Positions 62,325 through 64,000 of a DNA stretch of 64,000 nucleotides are shown here, one piece after another; within the stretch, counting starts at the first letter, position 1, and each line of letters opens with the position of its first letter. The notes beneath the pieces were generated by a model. That model was not told where the DNA came from and ran no database searches. It was given only the letters and a program-made list of their open reading frames with translations. The position numbers and the translations under genes are program-made. The DNA lies in the NCBI GenBank assembly GCA_020060565.1, contig JAGVAE010000001.1:130671-194670 (forward strand), written 5' to 3'. This stretch comes from Candidatus Woesebacteria bacterium (GTDB taxonomy: Bacteria > Patescibacteriota > Microgenomatia > UBA8517).

Positions 62325-64000
62325 TTTGTCCACCAAATTTTTCTTTGACTTTTTGAAGAATTTTATTTCTTACTTTGCCAACCTCTTCGTCATTTAAGGT
62401 TTTTTCTGAATCCTGATATATAAATCTAAACGTATAAGTATCCTTGAAGACATCCACCAAATCAACCCTTTTAATAATTGGACCTTCTGTAGTGATTGTT
62501 TTTATAACCTCTCCAATTTTAGTTTTCTTGGGAAAGACAAAATTATGGTCCTCAATTTGTGGCGGATATTTTGGCCAAAGAGTGACACTTGCAGGTCTCA
62601 CTTTTTCCAAAATTGCATCAAGGTCTATTTCGCAAAAATAGATGTCATTAATTTTTCCACCATACCCCACAATCTCCCTATCTATGGAAATGCTAAAAGT
62701 TTGATCTACCTCTGCGTTTAAGGCAACACTAGAAAAATCCAATTCCCTAATATTGTTTTTCAAAAAGAATGCATCAATTAGACCCTTGAACTTTGTAAAA
62801 ACCAGGCCATCTTTATTCCAGCTAATTATTCCAAGTTTTCTTTTTTCAATATATTTACCTTTATCTTTGAAATATATTTTTCCAACTTCAAAAAGAGAAG
62901 CAGAAACCCCCCTTTCATTAATTATTTTTTCAACAAACTCAAATAAATTAGGAAGAAGTGTCATACGTAATGTTTTATTATCAGGAGAAGGAGGGTTAGA
63001 TAGCTCAACTTTACCTGCAATTCCCTCATCCAATAGAAGATTTAGATTAAGTAATTTTTCTTTAACAAAAGTCGAACTAATAACTTCATTAAAACCAAGT
63101 CCAACCATTTGGTTTTTGACACTTAATTCTTCATCAATAAATTTTGGAGTTACAACACTAGGTATTTCCAAAGAAAGAGTTTTAACTGGAATATTATCAT
63201 ACCCGTAAATTCTTAATATTTCTTCAATAACATCTTCTTCAACTACAACATCTGTTCTATATGTTGGGACTAATACTTCTAGGAATATTTTTTTAAAAGA
63301 AACTACCTGAAAGTTAAGAGCTTTTAGAATTTTTTTAATTTGAGTGCTTGCAATTTCCACCCCCCCAAGATTTTTAATCTTTTGCCCACTTACTTTAATC
63401 TTCCAAGGTTTGACTACTTTAGGATAATAGTCAAAAACACTTTCCTCCACTTTTCCCCAGCCATTTTCTTTAATCAGATAAATAAACCGACCGAACGCAG
63501 TCTCAACTAAATTTGGATCAAGCTCTTTTTCATGGCGAATCCCTGCATCAGTCAGAAGATTATGTCTATGAACAGTACGCCTTATATTTGCCCTATCATA
63601 TCCAGCTGCTTCAACAAGAATGTTTTTGGTACCATCGCCAATTGAATGGTATCTACCTCCAATTGCGCCAGCTACTGAGTAAATTCCATCTTCCCCTGCC
63701 CAAACTAAATCATCAGAAGTTAAAGTTAGTTTAATATCCTGGAAAGTTGTAATTACCTCATTATTTTTTGCAAGTCTGATCTCTAAGTTTTTTCCGATTT
63801 TATCTAAGTCAAAAGCATGCATGGGTTCACCCGTTTCAATCATTACATAATTAGTTAAATCAACAATGTTATTAATAGGATCTACCCCATAAGCCTTAAG
63901 TCTATCAGTAAGCCATTTTGGTGACGGCATAATTTTTACATCTTTAACAACTACCATCATTACTCTTTTAACCAAAGGAGTTTTGACTGTTAAATTACAG
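62314..64000 (-). CDS. pheT: Phenylalanine--tRNA ligase beta subunit (5' end outside window)
   Basis: INNIVDLTNYVM..GEPMHAFD, PTYRTD, EEILRIYGY, FDX-ACB C-terminus. Confidence 0.95.
   Translation of the reverse strand, partial: CNLTVKTPLVKRVMMVVVKDVKIMPSPKWLTDRLKAYGVDPINNIVDLTNYVMIETGEPMHAFDLDKIGKNLEIRLAKNNEVITTFQDIKLTLTSDDLVWAGEDGIYSVAGAIGGRYHSIGDGTKNILVEAAGYDRANIRRTVHRHNLLTDAGIRHEKELDPNLVETAFGRFIYLIKENGWGKVEESVFDYYPKVVKPWKIKVSGQKIKNLGGVEIASTQIKKILKALNFQVVSFKKIFLEVLVPTYRTDVVVEEDVIEEILRIYGYDNIPVKTLSLEIPSVVTPKFIDEELSVKNQMVGLGFNEVISSTFVKEKLLNLNLLLDEGIAGKVELSNPPSPDNKTLRMTLLPNLFEFVEKIINERGVSASLFEVGKIYFKDKGKYIEKRKLGIISWNKDGLVFTKFKGLIDAFFLKNNIRELDFSSVALNAEVDQTFSISIDREIVGYGGKINDIYFCEIDLDAILEKVRPASVTLWPKYPPQIEDHNFVFPKKTKIGEVIKTITTEGPIIKRVDLVDVFKDTYTFRFIYQDSEKTLNDEEVGKVRNKILQKVKEKFGGQIKE

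Overview
AT-rich (roughly 35% GC by eye), gene-dense bacterial chromosome segment whose gene content and style suggest a Patescibacteria/CPR genome (Microgenomates-like; inference). Left end: P-type ATPase, CPA2 antiporter, yebC, then an ~880-bp non-coding gap holding a symmetric 11-6-11 dif-like site close to a single Xer-family recombinase, probably the replication terminus. Then small accessory genes, gyrA with a 434-aa LAGLIDADG intein right after the catalytic Tyr, a sortase with its likely substrate, a 1.3k-aa Ig-repeat surface protein, hppA, pgeF-like, gyrB and holB-like. A ~21-kb type IV pilus locus follows (pilB, pilT, pilC, pilD, 11 pilin-like genes, pilMNO). It is interrupted by an 8-kb insert with VapBC, HicAB, an AAA ATPase and a 910-aa candidate tip adhesin ending in a PilC/PilY1-like RxxWxE motif. 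Right end: khpA-rpsP-rnc-ACP-like-nusB-rpmF-recG, tyrS, a class A PBP and pheT (partial). The most notable unannotated pattern is that several accessory genes or modules are bracketed by 12-95 bp direct repeats that are leftover copies ('stubs') of neighbouring gene starts, gene ends or promoters, some slightly diverged, with no transposase. This suggests a recombination-driven gene-cassette insertion or swapping process. No rRNA, tRNA or CRISPR array was seen.
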